A stretch of DNA of 64,000 nt from Patescibacteria group bacterium (GTDB lineage Bacteria > Patescibacteriota > Minisyncoccia > Phycocordibacterales > CSBR16-119), in assembly GCA_052033715.1 (NCBI GenBank), contig JBPOJJ010000002.1, positions 1,676 to 65,675 of the forward strand, in the 5' to 3' direction. Both the position numbers and the translations under genes were made by a program. The notes under the pieces are model-generated. The model was not told the DNA's origin, made no database searches, and saw nothing but the letters and a program-made list of their open reading frames with translations. This document shows positions 37,316 to 47,213 of the stretch, in pieces; the first letter of the stretch is position 1, and the number at the start of each line of letters is the position of its first letter.

Positions 37316-37902
37316 GAGACAGATTCAACTTTTGAAATGAGATCCGCGTATACTTCTTCGATACTGCGCTCGCCATCTATTTCGAAGAAGTTGTAATCTT
37401 TGTTGTCATAGAAATACGAAATAGCTGGAACAACATTCCATTCAAACCACGACAAACGGCTTTTGATGTATTCGTCAGAATCATCTCCACGTCCACGAGC
37501 CTTGAGTCGAGCAAAACACCATTCGTCGCTCGTTTTGATATAGATGACCGTTGGCTTCTCTATTTTGTAGAACTTCATTGCGGAATCAAGCACGGGCGCT
37601 TCATCCGGACGTCGGCAGAGACCGTCGAGAATGAGGTCGCGCTTGCCATCAAACTTGTTCACCAAATCCATCGTCCAGAGCCAGATCGGCAGAAACACTG
37701 GCATAAGGCCACCTTTAGAAAGCACTTCTTTGGTCATCTGGGCAGAATAGTTGGATTGGTCGATAAAATTACGGAATTTCTGTCCGGTTTCAATGTAAAT
37801 TGGCTCAATACCCTTTTTGTCTTCTAGGTACTTTTTCAGCATGTCAGCCTGGGTTCCCTTGCCTGAGCCAGAACGACCGAAGAATATAAATGTTTGTTGC
37901 AT
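37312..37902 (-). CDS. adk: adenylate kinase-family nucleoside monophosphate kinase
   Basis: 196 aa; P-loop GRSGSGKGTQ; adk-map gene order as at end of spc operon; 4-nt overlap with map. Confidence 0.7.
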   Translation of the reverse strand: MQQTFIFFGRSGSGKGTQADMLKKYLEDKKGIEPIYIETGQKFRNFIDQSNYSAQMTKEVLSKGGLMPVFLPIWLWTMDLVNKFDGKRDLILDGLCRRPDEAPVLDSAMKFYKIEKPTVIYIKTSDEWCFARLKARGRGDDSDEYIKSRLSWFEWNVVPAISYFYDNKDYNFFEIDGERSIEEVYADLISKVESVS

Positions 37903-37958
37903 AGGGAAAGTATACCAGAATTAAGAAGTAAGTATTAGGAAGTAAGAAAGACGCCTGT

Positions 37959-38110
37959 AAGCGGAGTAAAAACAAAAAATTTCGTATCTGCGAACCAACC
38001 CGGAGCCCGAAGAGGCGTGAGGGGGCGGGCCTCTAATTTCTCCGCGTGCCACTTAGGAGAAATTGGCCCGCATCTCGCAAAGACACGAAATTTTTTGTTT
38101 TTATGGAGCG
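37959..38110. repeat. structured intergenic element, copy B (same conserved core as copy A, different but still complementary closing stems)
   Basis: AAGCGGAG + stem TAAAAACAAAAAATTTCGT ... core GAAGAGGCGTGAGGGGGCGGGCCTCTAATTTCTCCGCGTGCCACTTAGGAGAAATTGGCCCGC ... stem ACGAAATTTTTTGTTTTTAT + GGAGCG; ends 5 nt from rpsR stop codon. Confidence 0.6.
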
Positions 38111-38115
38111 CCTTG

Positions 38116-38313
38116 TTACTCGGCTACGAATGGTAGAAGTCCCATGATGCGAGCGCGTTTGACGGCGGTCGACAGGTGTTTCTGGTTCTTGGTTGAGAGC
38201 TTGGTCTTTTTCTTTGGCATCAAGCGGGCGCTTGAATCAAGAAATTGCTTCAAGATCGCAGTGTCTTTGTAGTCGATATACTTTATGTTGTTTGAAGAAA
38301 AATAATCTTGCAT
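38116..38313 (-). CDS. rpsR: 30S ribosomal protein S18
   Basis: 65 aa; S18 signature ...KKTKLSTKNQKHLSTAVKRARIMGLLPF. Confidence 0.85.
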   Translation of the reverse strand: MQDYFSSNNIKYIDYKDTAILKQFLDSSARLMPKKKTKLSTKNQKHLSTAVKRARIMGLLPFVAE

Positions 38314-38339
38314 GTTTTTGTTAATAATTTTAGTAAGTT

Positions 38340-38801
38340 TTAGAACGGGATGTCGTCTGGATTTATATCGTCTTCTGGATACTCTATCGTCTCAAGTTCA
38401 GGAGCCTTCATTTCTGGTGCGTCTCCTCCGTTGTTGCTTGCTGCTGCCTGACCGCCGCCATAGTTTCCTCCTCCGGATGATCTAGGGCCAAACTGAATCG
38501 TGTCAGCAATAATTTCTGTTCGATACTTCTTGCCACCATCGGCATCCCACGAACGAGTCTGCATTCGGCCTTCAACCATGATTGAAGATCCTTTTTTCAT
38601 GTACTGCTGAACGATCTCGGCTTGGCGTCCGAAGACGACAATGTTGTGGAATTCTGTTGATTCTTTCTTCGCGCCATCCTTGTCTTTCCATGTACGGTTC
38701 GTGGCAACGCTAAAGTTGCAAACCTTAATACCTGACGGTAGAGCTTTCATCTCCGGATCTCGAGTTAAATTCCCGATGATCATAGCTTTGTTTAGATACA
38801 T
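38340..38801 (-). CDS. ssb: single-stranded DNA-binding protein
   Basis: 153 aa; OB-fold N-terminus (MIIGNLTRDPE), Gly-rich linker, acidic C-terminal DDIPF tail. Confidence 0.9.
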   Translation of the reverse strand: MYLNKAMIIGNLTRDPEMKALPSGIKVCNFSVATNRTWKDKDGAKKESTEFHNIVVFGRQAEIVQQYMKKGSSIMVEGRMQTRSWDADGGKKYRTEIIADTIQFGPRSSGGGNYGGGQAAASNNGGDAPEMKAPELETIEYPEDDINPDDIPF

Positions 38802-38845
38802 GTGATTTAGAAGTTAGATGATAATACTCGTCTTATTGTAAGAGA

Positions 38846-39337
38846 CTATTTAACTTCTGGCAATGTCTCACCCGCGGTGTCAATTTCGATCATCTCGTCT
38901 ATTTTCTTATCGACTTCGGCTGTGTCCATAGGCGCTCCCTCGACGACATCAGACGGTGTTCGGCGAGCCATGCCCTTGTGAGCAAGCTTTGGCACAGCCA
39001 AAGTGCTTTCGCGAACAGTTTTGACAATAATGAATCGCAAGACGTTCGGGTTTTTATCCATGAGCTCTTTGAAGCCTTCGATGAGAGATGCTTCTATTTC
39101 AAATTTGATCCAACCAAAATATGCTGTGCCGAATTTTCGATTCTTGTTTTCAATGTCCTTACCAAGTTCATAGGCCAGAGTCGTCATGGCTGGATGAGCT
39201 TCGGCAATGATTTCGGCGTCTATCTTTGACAATTCTCCCTTAAGCGCAGTCACGACTTTGGAAACTTCGTCTTCAGACAAAGTTGGCAAAATGTGATATC
39301 CAAGCTCGTAGATTTGTTTTTTTGATGTTTCTTCCAT
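38846..39337 (-). CDS. rpsF: 30S ribosomal protein S6 (with C-terminal extension)
   Basis: 164 aa from ATG at 39337 (MEETSKKQIYELGYHIL...); S6-like core; rpsF-ssb-rpsR synteny. Confidence 0.7.
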   Translation of the reverse strand: MEETSKKQIYELGYHILPTLSEDEVSKVVTALKGELSKIDAEIIAEAHPAMTTLAYELGKDIENKNRKFGTAYFGWIKFEIEASLIEGFKELMDKNPNVLRFIIVKTVRESTLAVPKLAHKGMARRTPSDVVEGAPMDTAEVDKKIDEMIEIDTAGETLPEVK

Positions 39338-39523
39338 GTTTTTTCGATTATTTATAATTTGTAAATCATTTTTACCCCACTTCGCCAAGGCTTCGCGGGG
39401 CTTTTGCCCGGATTTGGGCAAAAGAAAAACGCATCGTTATCGGACCAAGCGACGCCCCATGTTTTCAGAGGAGTCGAACGAAACGCTTGGGCAATAATAG
39501 CACAGGGCCCTAAAAAGTAAAGC

Positions 39524-40309
39524 CTATATCTTAAAGAGATTTTTAACGTTTTGGAGAATTTGGAGACAGGTTTGTTCTAGGTCGAGACCCTTGATTTCGA
39601 CAATCTTCTTCACGACTTCTTCCACCATCCACGGTTCGCAGGTTTGTCCTCTATACGGCACAGGCGTCACAAATGGCGCGTCGGTCTCAGTGAGAATTCG
39701 ATCTATCGGCGCAAGCTTGATGACATCGTCGTAATCTCGAGCAAAAGTAATAACTCCGGTAAACGATAAATAAAATCCTAAATTGAGAAATCGTTGGGCG
39801 ATTTCTGGAGTCCCGACAAAGAAATGTACGTCTCCACGAATATTTTGATCTCGACGAGACTCGAGAATATCAATGACATCTTCGTACGCATCCATCGTCC
39901 CCTTTTGTGGACGGATATGGAGAATGAGCGGGAGATTTTTCTCTATACTCAAATCGATTTGCTTATTAAAAATTTCTTTTTGCTTTTCTTTCGTCGCAAC
40001 ATCACTCGAATCAATTCGGAAATAATCGAGTCCGCATTCACCGATAGCAACAACTTTCTCTCGTCCAGCAAGTTCGCGAAATTTCTCTATATCAAATTCT
40101 TTCTTGTCGGCATCAGATGGATGCAGTCCTACGGAAGCGAATAAATTATCGCTTTCTTTGGTAATTTCTACTGCCTGCGCTGAGGTTTCATAATCAACGC
40201 CGACGGTAATCGTCCCGACTTGTTTTTCAACGAGTATTTTAATTACTTCGTCTTTCTTCTCTAACAAAGGTGAAAGGTTTAGATGAGAATGGATATCAAA
40301 ATATTTCAT
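39524..40309 (-). CDS. tatD: TatD-family metal-dependent hydrolase (DNase)
   Basis: 261 aa; MKYFDIHSHLN N-terminus and TatD metal-binding pattern. Confidence 0.85.
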   Translation of the reverse strand: MKYFDIHSHLNLSPLLEKKDEVIKILVEKQVGTITVGVDYETSAQAVEITKESDNLFASVGLHPSDADKKEFDIEKFRELAGREKVVAIGECGLDYFRIDSSDVATKEKQKEIFNKQIDLSIEKNLPLILHIRPQKGTMDAYEDVIDILESRRDQNIRGDVHFFVGTPEIAQRFLNLGFYLSFTGVITFARDYDDVIKLAPIDRILTETDAPFVTPVPYRGQTCEPWMVEEVVKKIVEIKGLDLEQTCLQILQNVKNLFKI

Positions 40310-40310
40310 C

Positions 40311-41732
40311 TTAGTCTTTACGCAAAAATAGTGGAATTTCTGGCTTCTTGTTTTCTTTTATAAACTTTTCAATTTTGGCAGAAGTTTCTGGAATAAATGG
40401 TCGAAGAGTCACAGCGATGTTTGCCAAGCGCTTAACACATTCTCTGATAATTTCTTTACCGCTCTCTTCGTCGGTTTTTATGACCGAGAAAGGCTTTGTG
40501 TCGTTGATGTATTTATCAAGTTCCGATATTGTTCCACGAATTTTTTCTATTGTCTTCTGAATATCGAAATTTTCAATCACATTAGCATAAGCCGGTATGT
40601 CCGTAATTGGTTCAATATATTTTTCAGACAAAGTAAGGATTCGACTCGCTAGATTTCCTAGGCCATTGGCCAAATTTGCGTTGTAACCATCCTTGAAACG
40701 AGCAAGTGTAAAAGGACTATCTTCGAAACTCGATACTTCCGTGAGAAGAAACATTCGCAGGGCATCTGTACCATATTCTTTAGCTATTTCTAATGGATCA
40801 ACGACGTTGCCCAAAGTCTTGGACATTCTGATTCCTCCCTCACCCGTAATGAAACCATTCACCACAATGTTGTGTGAATTTGGCAATTCGGCGGCCAAAA
40901 GCATGGCCTGCCAAATAACACCCTGAAATCTAGTGTTGTCTTTGCCGCAGTATTGAACAGGGTTTCCATCTTTCCAATATTTATTAAAGGTCTCAATATC
41001 CTCTGGCCACCCTAAAGTTGAGATGTAATTCGAAAGCGCGTCAAACCAAACATACATGACTTGCGAATCATCGCCCGGAACCGGCACACCCCAAGACATT
41101 TTTTCTTTCAATCGCGAAATCGAGAAGTCTTCCAGGCCACGAGAAACGAAAGCTTTCATCTCGTTGTAGCGAAATTCCGGAACAATGAAATTTGGATTAG
41201 CGTCGTAAAACGCGAGCAGTTTTTCTTGGAGAGCCGAGAGCTTAAAGAAATAATTTTCTTCGTTAATAAGTTCAATTTTAACTCCCGGATGAAGTGGGCA
41301 TTCACCACCCACTAATTCTGAATCTGTTTTTTCACTTTCACAACCAACACAATATTTTGCTTGGTAAGATTTTTTGTAGATATAACCGTTGTCTGAAACA
41401 ATGCCCCAAAACTGTTGTGCGGCTTTTATATGATGCTCGTCTGTAGTACGAATGAAGTGCGCCGAACTAGTTATTCCGAAAGCGTCGACTTGGCTTTTGA
41501 AAACCTTAAACGCTTCATCGACAAAGATTTGAGGGTCTTTACCAGCGGCAACAGCTTTGGTGTAAATCTTCTGGCCGTGCTCATCTGTTCCGGTATTGAA
41601 AAACACGTCGTGTCCTAGAAGTTCCATGTGACGCGCAATCGCATCAGCACGAACAAACTCAAGCGCATGACCCATATGGAGAGGCGCATTAACATAAGGC
41701 AAAGTTGTCGTGACATAAACTGGTTTTTTCAT
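40311..41732 (-). CDS. metG: methionyl-tRNA synthetase (short form)
   Basis: 473 aa; HIGH-type motif (LHMGHALE) and KMSKS (RMSKTLGN). Confidence 0.9.
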   Translation of the reverse strand: MKKPVYVTTTLPYVNAPLHMGHALEFVRADAIARHMELLGHDVFFNTGTDEHGQKIYTKAVAAGKDPQIFVDEAFKVFKSQVDAFGITSSAHFIRTTDEHHIKAAQQFWGIVSDNGYIYKKSYQAKYCVGCESEKTDSELVGGECPLHPGVKIELINEENYFFKLSALQEKLLAFYDANPNFIVPEFRYNEMKAFVSRGLEDFSISRLKEKMSWGVPVPGDDSQVMYVWFDALSNYISTLGWPEDIETFNKYWKDGNPVQYCGKDNTRFQGVIWQAMLLAAELPNSHNIVVNGFITGEGGIRMSKTLGNVVDPLEIAKEYGTDALRMFLLTEVSSFEDSPFTLARFKDGYNANLANGLGNLASRILTLSEKYIEPITDIPAYANVIENFDIQKTIEKIRGTISELDKYINDTKPFSVIKTDEESGKEIIRECVKRLANIAVTLRPFIPETSAKIEKFIKENKKPEIPLFLRKD

Positions 41733-41739
41733 ATGAATA

Positions 41740-42795
41740 CTAGGCGTTCATGACTCGTTTCTTCTCGAAATCCTTTACGTATTCAAGAATCGTCACCGCC
41801 ACCGGCACCGCGAGAATAAGTCCCCAAAATCCAGCAAGTTGTACCCCTATCAAAACCGACAAAATAACAACGAGCGGAGAAATCCCCGTCATCTTGTTCA
41901 TCACGACGGGCGCAATAAAATAACCTTCTATTTGTTGAATGAGTATGTAGAGCGCCGCCACCATTATTGCAAGCGATACTCCTCCCGAAGCGAAGCCGAA
42001 AGAGACCGCCGGAATGGCTGCCAAAAATATTCCAAAGGGAATAAGTTCGAACAATCCCGCAAGCACCGCCAAAAGAAGTGCGTGATCAACTTTCAAAAGT
42101 GTCAAACCGATGAATGTTAGAACACCGATAACAAGTCCCAAGAAAAGCTGTCCCTGCATCCAGCGAGCAATTTTTGCCTGTGACCTATTCCATAAACCAA
42201 TGATATATTCTTCGCGCTCAATCGGAGAAAGTATTCGAAGAAATGACTCGATACCGTCGCTTGAAACCGACAAATAGAAAGAAATGACGACGACCAGAAC
42301 GACGTTGAGCAAGCTTCCAAAGAGCGCCGACAAAGTACTGCCGAATCCGGACGCTACCACTCCTAGGAAACTACTGAAATGATTGATGATTCCTGACAAT
42401 TGAACACCCTGAGCAATAACCCCCGAGCCTTCGGTCACAGCTAAATCAACTGTTTCGATAGGCACCGCTCCGGGTAAAAGTTTTGAAATGACCGGAATAA
42501 GATTTGAGATTTCGGTTAGAAGTATTGGTAGGAAGAAATAGATAAGTCCGGTAATTACCAAGAAAGTCAAAAGATACATAACAGCGATTGAGAGAATTCT
42601 GGTGATTCCAAGTCGTCTTTTTAAACTCGCCGCGGCGGTACGAATGAAGCTCGCAAGTACAACGGAAGTCATCACGACAAAAACCAAGCTTTTTAGAGTA
42701 AAAAGAAGCCAGGCAACCAGCCCGATTAAAACGACGTTTCTTATCGTCTTGGAACTTATATTGACGTTATAGACTTTTTCGCCCTTGTTTGACAT
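41740..42795 (-). CDS. AI-2E family transporter (PerM/UPF0118)
   Basis: 351 aa; 7-8 TM helices and AI-2E family organisation. Confidence 0.7.
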   Translation of the reverse strand: MSNKGEKVYNVNISSKTIRNVVLIGLVAWLLFTLKSLVFVVMTSVVLASFIRTAAASLKRRLGITRILSIAVMYLLTFLVITGLIYFFLPILLTEISNLIPVISKLLPGAVPIETVDLAVTEGSGVIAQGVQLSGIINHFSSFLGVVASGFGSTLSALFGSLLNVVLVVVISFYLSVSSDGIESFLRILSPIEREEYIIGLWNRSQAKIARWMQGQLFLGLVIGVLTFIGLTLLKVDHALLLAVLAGLFELIPFGIFLAAIPAVSFGFASGGVSLAIMVAALYILIQQIEGYFIAPVVMNKMTGISPLVVILSVLIGVQLAGFWGLILAVPVAVTILEYVKDFEKKRVMNA

Positions 42796-42828
42796 TGATT
42801 CTAATATAGCAATTTTCTAGAGCTTTTG

Positions 42829-44163
42829 CTATTTGAGGTTTTCAGTGAAATAAGTTGCGAGCTCAGAGATTTTTATTCTTTCCTGTAGGGCGGTGTCTCG
42901 GAAACGCACGGTGACAGATTCGTCATCGAGAGATTCGAAGTCAATGACGACACAAAAAGGTGTGCCGATCTCATCCTGCTTCTTGTAACGCTTGCCAATA
43001 TTTCCATTATCGTCCCAGACGACATTTCCAAAAACTTCTTTTAGCTCGGCAAAGACATTCTCGGCCTTGGAAACGAGTTCTGATTTATTCTTCAAAAGTG
43101 GAGAGACGCAAATTTTATAAGGCGCGATTTTTGGATGAAGAGCCAAGTATATTCTGATGTCGTCTCCCTCGCCCGATTCACGATAAGCCGATACTAGAAG
43201 CGCCAGAATTGTACGATCGAGTCCAAAGGATGGTTCAATGACATGTGGGGTCAAAACTTCTACACCCTCTTCACCCTGGAAACGATATTCAAGTTTTTCA
43301 CCAGAACTTTCGGAGTGTCGATCAAGATCGTAGCTGCCACGATAAGCAAGGCCGTAGAGTTCTTTCTGACCAAACGGATATTCGAATTCGAAATCAACAG
43401 TGCGTGATGAGTAATGGGCTCGATCGCCATCGGGAATTTCGATGTCGTGAACCTTGTTCATGTCGAGTCCGACTGATTCCATCCACTCAAGGATTTCATC
43501 TTTCCAATATTCAAAATGTTTGGACCATTCATCCGGACGGACGAAGTATTCTATTTCCATTTGTTCCATTTCACGCAAACGGAAGATAAAATCGCGTGGC
43601 GTGATCTCGTTTCGGAAAGCCTTGCCGACCTGAGCGATACCAAATGGAAGTTTCGGCTGCATCGAATCCATCACGTTCTTGAAGTTCACGAAAATTCCTT
43701 GAGCGGTTTCAGGACGCAGATACGATGTAGCCGCGGAATCTTCGGCCGCACCGACTTTTGTCTCGAGCATCATATTAAACTGACGAACTTCTCCAAATCC
43801 TCCACCACACGATGGGCACTTGTCGGAGTCTAGTTGATCGGCGCGAAATCTTTTGTTACATTTTTTGCATTCGACGAGAGGATCAGAGAAGTGATCGACG
43901 TGACCAGTCGCTTGCCAAACTTTTTGGTTCATGAGAATAGCCGCGTTTACCATATGCATATCACGGCGAGAGTGGACGAATTTACGTTTCCAGGATTCGA
44001 CGACGTTGTCGCGAAGAAGGGCACCCAATGGACCGTAGTCATAGGTTCCGGCCAATCCCCCGTAGATCTCGGACCCAGGAAAAACAAAACCGCGTCTTTT
44101 GCACAAAGACGTAATCTTTTGCATCAAGTCATCTTGCTTATTGGATGGTGTCATTCTCTGCAT
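42829..44163 (-). CDS. glyQS: glycyl-tRNA synthetase, alpha2 (eukaryote/archaeal/Gram-positive) type
   Basis: 444 aa; SLCKRRGFVFPGSEIYGG N-terminus, class II motifs; start may be an internal Met (44154 or 44124), which would reduce/remove the overlap with the next gene. Confidence 0.9.
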   Translation of the reverse strand: MQRMTPSNKQDDLMQKITSLCKRRGFVFPGSEIYGGLAGTYDYGPLGALLRDNVVESWKRKFVHSRRDMHMVNAAILMNQKVWQATGHVDHFSDPLVECKKCNKRFRADQLDSDKCPSCGGGFGEVRQFNMMLETKVGAAEDSAATSYLRPETAQGIFVNFKNVMDSMQPKLPFGIAQVGKAFRNEITPRDFIFRLREMEQMEIEYFVRPDEWSKHFEYWKDEILEWMESVGLDMNKVHDIEIPDGDRAHYSSRTVDFEFEYPFGQKELYGLAYRGSYDLDRHSESSGEKLEYRFQGEEGVEVLTPHVIEPSFGLDRTILALLVSAYRESGEGDDIRIYLALHPKIAPYKICVSPLLKNKSELVSKAENVFAELKEVFGNVVWDDNGNIGKRYKKQDEIGTPFCVVIDFESLDDESVTVRFRDTALQERIKISELATYFTENLK

Positions 44164-46036
44164 TATAATTACTATCGAGATTTAGTCTAGTCGTGATCGG
44201 TTGCATGTTTTTGGTGAGATCGGCATTGGCAAACGCATCCTTGGCCGTCAAGAAAATATTCGTCACAAGATTGACCACTGATCCTGTCTGCGAACTTGCT
44301 GGATTTAGTCTAACTTGGAAGTACAAAGTGGTCGGAGCCGCCGAGCCGCTCGAAGCTTCGATGTTTCCGGCATCCCAGATGACTTCGTGACTGGCCGGAT
44401 CATAAGTAACTTTGGCACTTTGCGGACTCCAATTATCCATCCATTCAACATAGAAAGGCAAAACTCCATGGACTTTGGTATTGGTTAAACGACTAGTACT
44501 ACCAGAAATGTTCCAAACAACCGTATAGGTCGTCGGAGATCCAGCTTTTGCGGGCAATCCCCCACTATTTGTAAATGGTCCCGAGTAATACAAAGCATTC
44601 CCAGTCACGCCACTTGAACTTGAGTACTTAACTTTTTTCCTTATGTAATCGTTAATAGTCTGGAAAGAATTACCAAGGGATGACTGACGTCCTCGGACAC
44701 TAACATTGATATTTATTTCTGGATTTTTTATATTTGTTCCATTCAAAGACACTGGTTTAAATTTAAAGTCTAGATCACCTCGTTTACCTGGATCGATATT
44801 GGCCAAGTCGGGTGTGGTCTGGCTATTCCAAACAATTGACTGATTGGTCGCGTCATAGAACCCTCCACTATTGAGCTGAACAGAGTTTGGATCAAAGGCG
44901 TTGCCCGAGAATTTCGCCGTGATTTCGACATCCGTCATTTTTGAATCCAAATTGTTTTCGTAATTTATTTCTGCTTGAGCATACTGACCGGAAAGCGCCG
45001 AAACTTCTGGAGCGGTGTTTCCATTGACCGCCAGCCTCAAGTCGAGAAACGGTTTGGCAATCGACAAGATGTAGTCTTGGGAATTAAACTGTGTGCCAAT
45101 TCTTTGTTCGTTTTCAAGATTGGCTGTTCCGGTCGTAATATTGAAAGCACGTTGTTCTCCAGGATCGGCGACCAAGACACCATGGATGGAAATCACTTTC
45201 TCAGCGCCTTTGGCCAAATCTCCCAATGCCCAAATGTTATCAGAAAAAGTTGGCTCTGGTGTAGCCTCTTTAAAATCAAAGCCTGGTGGATAATTCACAA
45301 CAATCATGACACCTTCCACAGACTTCTCGGTATTTAAACTCGCCGTTACATCAAACTTAAGATCTTGATTCGAATTGGCAACCGTCGGCCCGTCAACGAT
45401 AAGTGTAATTGGATTTGAAGAAATATTTACGACATAGGGTTTCTGCTTGATGAAAATGGCACTTGAGCCGTGCACACGATACTCGAGTGTAATGTTCACA
45501 TCTCTAGTTGTTCCCTGTGCGCCAAAAAGTGTTAGCGTTACAAGTTTTTCAACCATTCCACCGGCCGGGATTGTACCGACAGTCGTTCTATCGCTTTGGA
45601 TTGATTCCCCGCCACCCGAGCCTTTCTGATATTCCAAAATCAAGTCAGCGTATTCAAGCGCAACATTGTTTCTGTTTGAAAATTGGATCTTGAGCGGAAG
45701 TTCTTCGCCACCCGATACGAAAGCGTTACCTAAAATATTTATTTCGATATTGTCTGCCGAAACTGTATTTCGTCCACCAAAAAACATGACCGCACCGAAT
45801 CCCAAAGAAAGAATAAAAAATGCGATGGCTCCGAAAAAAAACTTTCGGAACATTGTGTTTTCGAGAACGTTTTTCCTTCTCTTTATCTGGGCAGGGGCTT
45901 CCTTTTTCCATTCCGAAGAAACAAGAGGTTCTTCTTGGTAAACTTCGCCACGCGGACGGAGATTTATGTCTTTGGTTTTTGGGCTATAGAGCTTCTCTTT
46001 GAGACGCTCTATATGGCTTTTTTTCTTCGGAGGCAT
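44138..46036 (-). CDS. large membrane-anchored extracytoplasmic protein (hypothetical; beta-sandwich repeat-like)
   Basis: 632 aa; basic N-terminus, single TM (FFFGAIAFFILSLGFGAVMFF), long N/S/T/G-rich ectodomain with repeat-like segments. Confidence 0.45.
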   Translation of the reverse strand: MPPKKKSHIERLKEKLYSPKTKDINLRPRGEVYQEEPLVSSEWKKEAPAQIKRRKNVLENTMFRKFFFGAIAFFILSLGFGAVMFFGGRNTVSADNIEINILGNAFVSGGEELPLKIQFSNRNNVALEYADLILEYQKGSGGGESIQSDRTTVGTIPAGGMVEKLVTLTLFGAQGTTRDVNITLEYRVHGSSAIFIKQKPYVVNISSNPITLIVDGPTVANSNQDLKFDVTASLNTEKSVEGVMIVVNYPPGFDFKEATPEPTFSDNIWALGDLAKGAEKVISIHGVLVADPGEQRAFNITTGTANLENEQRIGTQFNSQDYILSIAKPFLDLRLAVNGNTAPEVSALSGQYAQAEINYENNLDSKMTDVEITAKFSGNAFDPNSVQLNSGGFYDATNQSIVWNSQTTPDLANIDPGKRGDLDFKFKPVSLNGTNIKNPEININVSVRGRQSSLGNSFQTINDYIRKKVKYSSSSGVTGNALYYSGPFTNSGGLPAKAGSPTTYTVVWNISGSTSRLTNTKVHGVLPFYVEWMDNWSPQSAKVTYDPASHEVIWDAGNIEASSGSAAPTTLYFQVRLNPASSQTGSVVNLVTNIFLTAKDAFANADLTKNMQPITTRLNLDSNYNAENDTIQ

Positions 46037-46062
46037 GGATTAAATTGTAACACGAATTAAAT

Positions 46063-46647
46063 TTACAAAAGCTGGGTCGCACGAAGAGAATTGTTTAACT
46101 CCTTGATTATAGTTTTCTTCGTAGCTTTAATGCGTTCAACAACACTTTCATTGAACGGACTTTTGACCAAATCGTTTTCACTTTGTTTATCTCCCCAATA
46201 ACCAAGGATGTGTAGAATTTTTAGCGCGATCAGGGCTTCGATACTTTCCAGATCTTCAATTTTTGGATGCGTAGATGATGTATAGGTATAAGCAGCGACA
46301 AGTTCATGAAAAAGTTCTGCCAGTGGTTCACCTTCTGGAGAGAGCTTCCCCACCAACTGCAAACTTCGAATACGCGATGACGTTGTAAGAGACTTCCTAG
46401 AATTAAGTTCGTGGATTGGTCTAGCTGAAACAAGTCGCCAATAATTTTTACCCTTCACCAGACTCGCATCTATGTATTTGAAATCTTGGACGAAGAATCG
46501 CAGACGCGATTCGACTTTCCTGATACCTGTTGCCTTGGCAGTAATGACACCAAAGTCTTTGGTGAAAAGTCGATATGTTTTATCAGCTTCACCAGAGTTT
46601 CTACTGGAGATAACAAATGCTTCGGTATTGTAAATAGTGTGAGACAT
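46063..46647 (-). CDS. recO: RecO-like DNA repair protein (N-terminal OB-fold domain; no C-terminal Cys motif seen)
   Basis: 194 aa; RecO_N-like pattern EAFVISSRNSGEADKTYRLFTKDFGVITAKATGIRKVESRL. Confidence 0.45.
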   Translation of the reverse strand: MSHTIYNTEAFVISSRNSGEADKTYRLFTKDFGVITAKATGIRKVESRLRFFVQDFKYIDASLVKGKNYWRLVSARPIHELNSRKSLTTSSRIRSLQLVGKLSPEGEPLAELFHELVAAYTYTSSTHPKIEDLESIEALIALKILHILGYWGDKQSENDLVKSPFNESVVERIKATKKTIIKELNNSLRATQLL

Positions 46648-46732
46648 GTCCCTAATTATACTTTATTTCTACTTTCGTAATGAATTGACACAATTCGTCC
46701 ATTCATATAGAGTTTCGAACAAACGACCCCCC

Positions 46733-47158
46733 ATGAGATTCGCCACCTTCTTCATAGTACTGGTGACCGCCATCTGCTTCGCTGTCTACCCGGTGTTTGG
46801 GAGACACAGCGGCGCTTCTACCAATTGGATGAGGGCTGTAACAGCTGTTTCAACCATCATCATCGTCTTGGCCTTCCAAGCGAAGAACCCCTACGGTCCA
46901 ATGCCTGCAGGTAAAGAGCTCCTGTTTCTGGTCTTGGCCGGAATTACCGCCGGAATAGGGACCCTCTACTTTGGCAAACTTTACGCCATTGAAACAGTTC
47001 AAGGATTGTCTGTGTCGATACCGCTCGTTTCGATACTGACGATTTGCCTAAACGGACTACTATCTAGATTTTTCTTCCACGAACAAATAAGTTGGAGGAT
47101 GGGTCTTGGCTACCTCCTGGCTTGCGCAGCCATCTGGCTAATCGCTAGCAAGAAGTAG
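46733..47158 (+). CDS. small 4-TM membrane protein (SMR/DMT-like), paralog 1
   Basis: 141 aa from ATG at 46733; alignable with 47928..48335 product (e.g. GKELLFLVLAGITAGIGTLYFGKLY vs GKMLWVLVIAGLMNGVATWYYGRLV; C-termini AIWLIASKK vs AIWLMSR). Confidence 0.5.
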   Translation: MRFATFFIVLVTAICFAVYPVFGRHSGASTNWMRAVTAVSTIIIVLAFQAKNPYGPMPAGKELLFLVLAGITAGIGTLYFGKLYAIETVQGLSVSIPLVSILTICLNGLLSRFFFHEQISWRMGLGYLLACAAIWLIASKK

Positions 47159-47175
47159 CCCGCACAACATCATTG

Positions 47176-47213
47176 CAAAGGGGCCGTAAGGCCCCTTTGA
47201 TGTTTTTATTTTA
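47176..47213 (+). terminator. rho-independent terminator with GNRA (GTAA) tetraloop: CAAAGGGGCC-GTAA-GGCCCCTTTG + T-tract
   Basis: 10-bp stem, GUAA loop, TGTTTTTATTTT tail. Confidence 0.7.
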
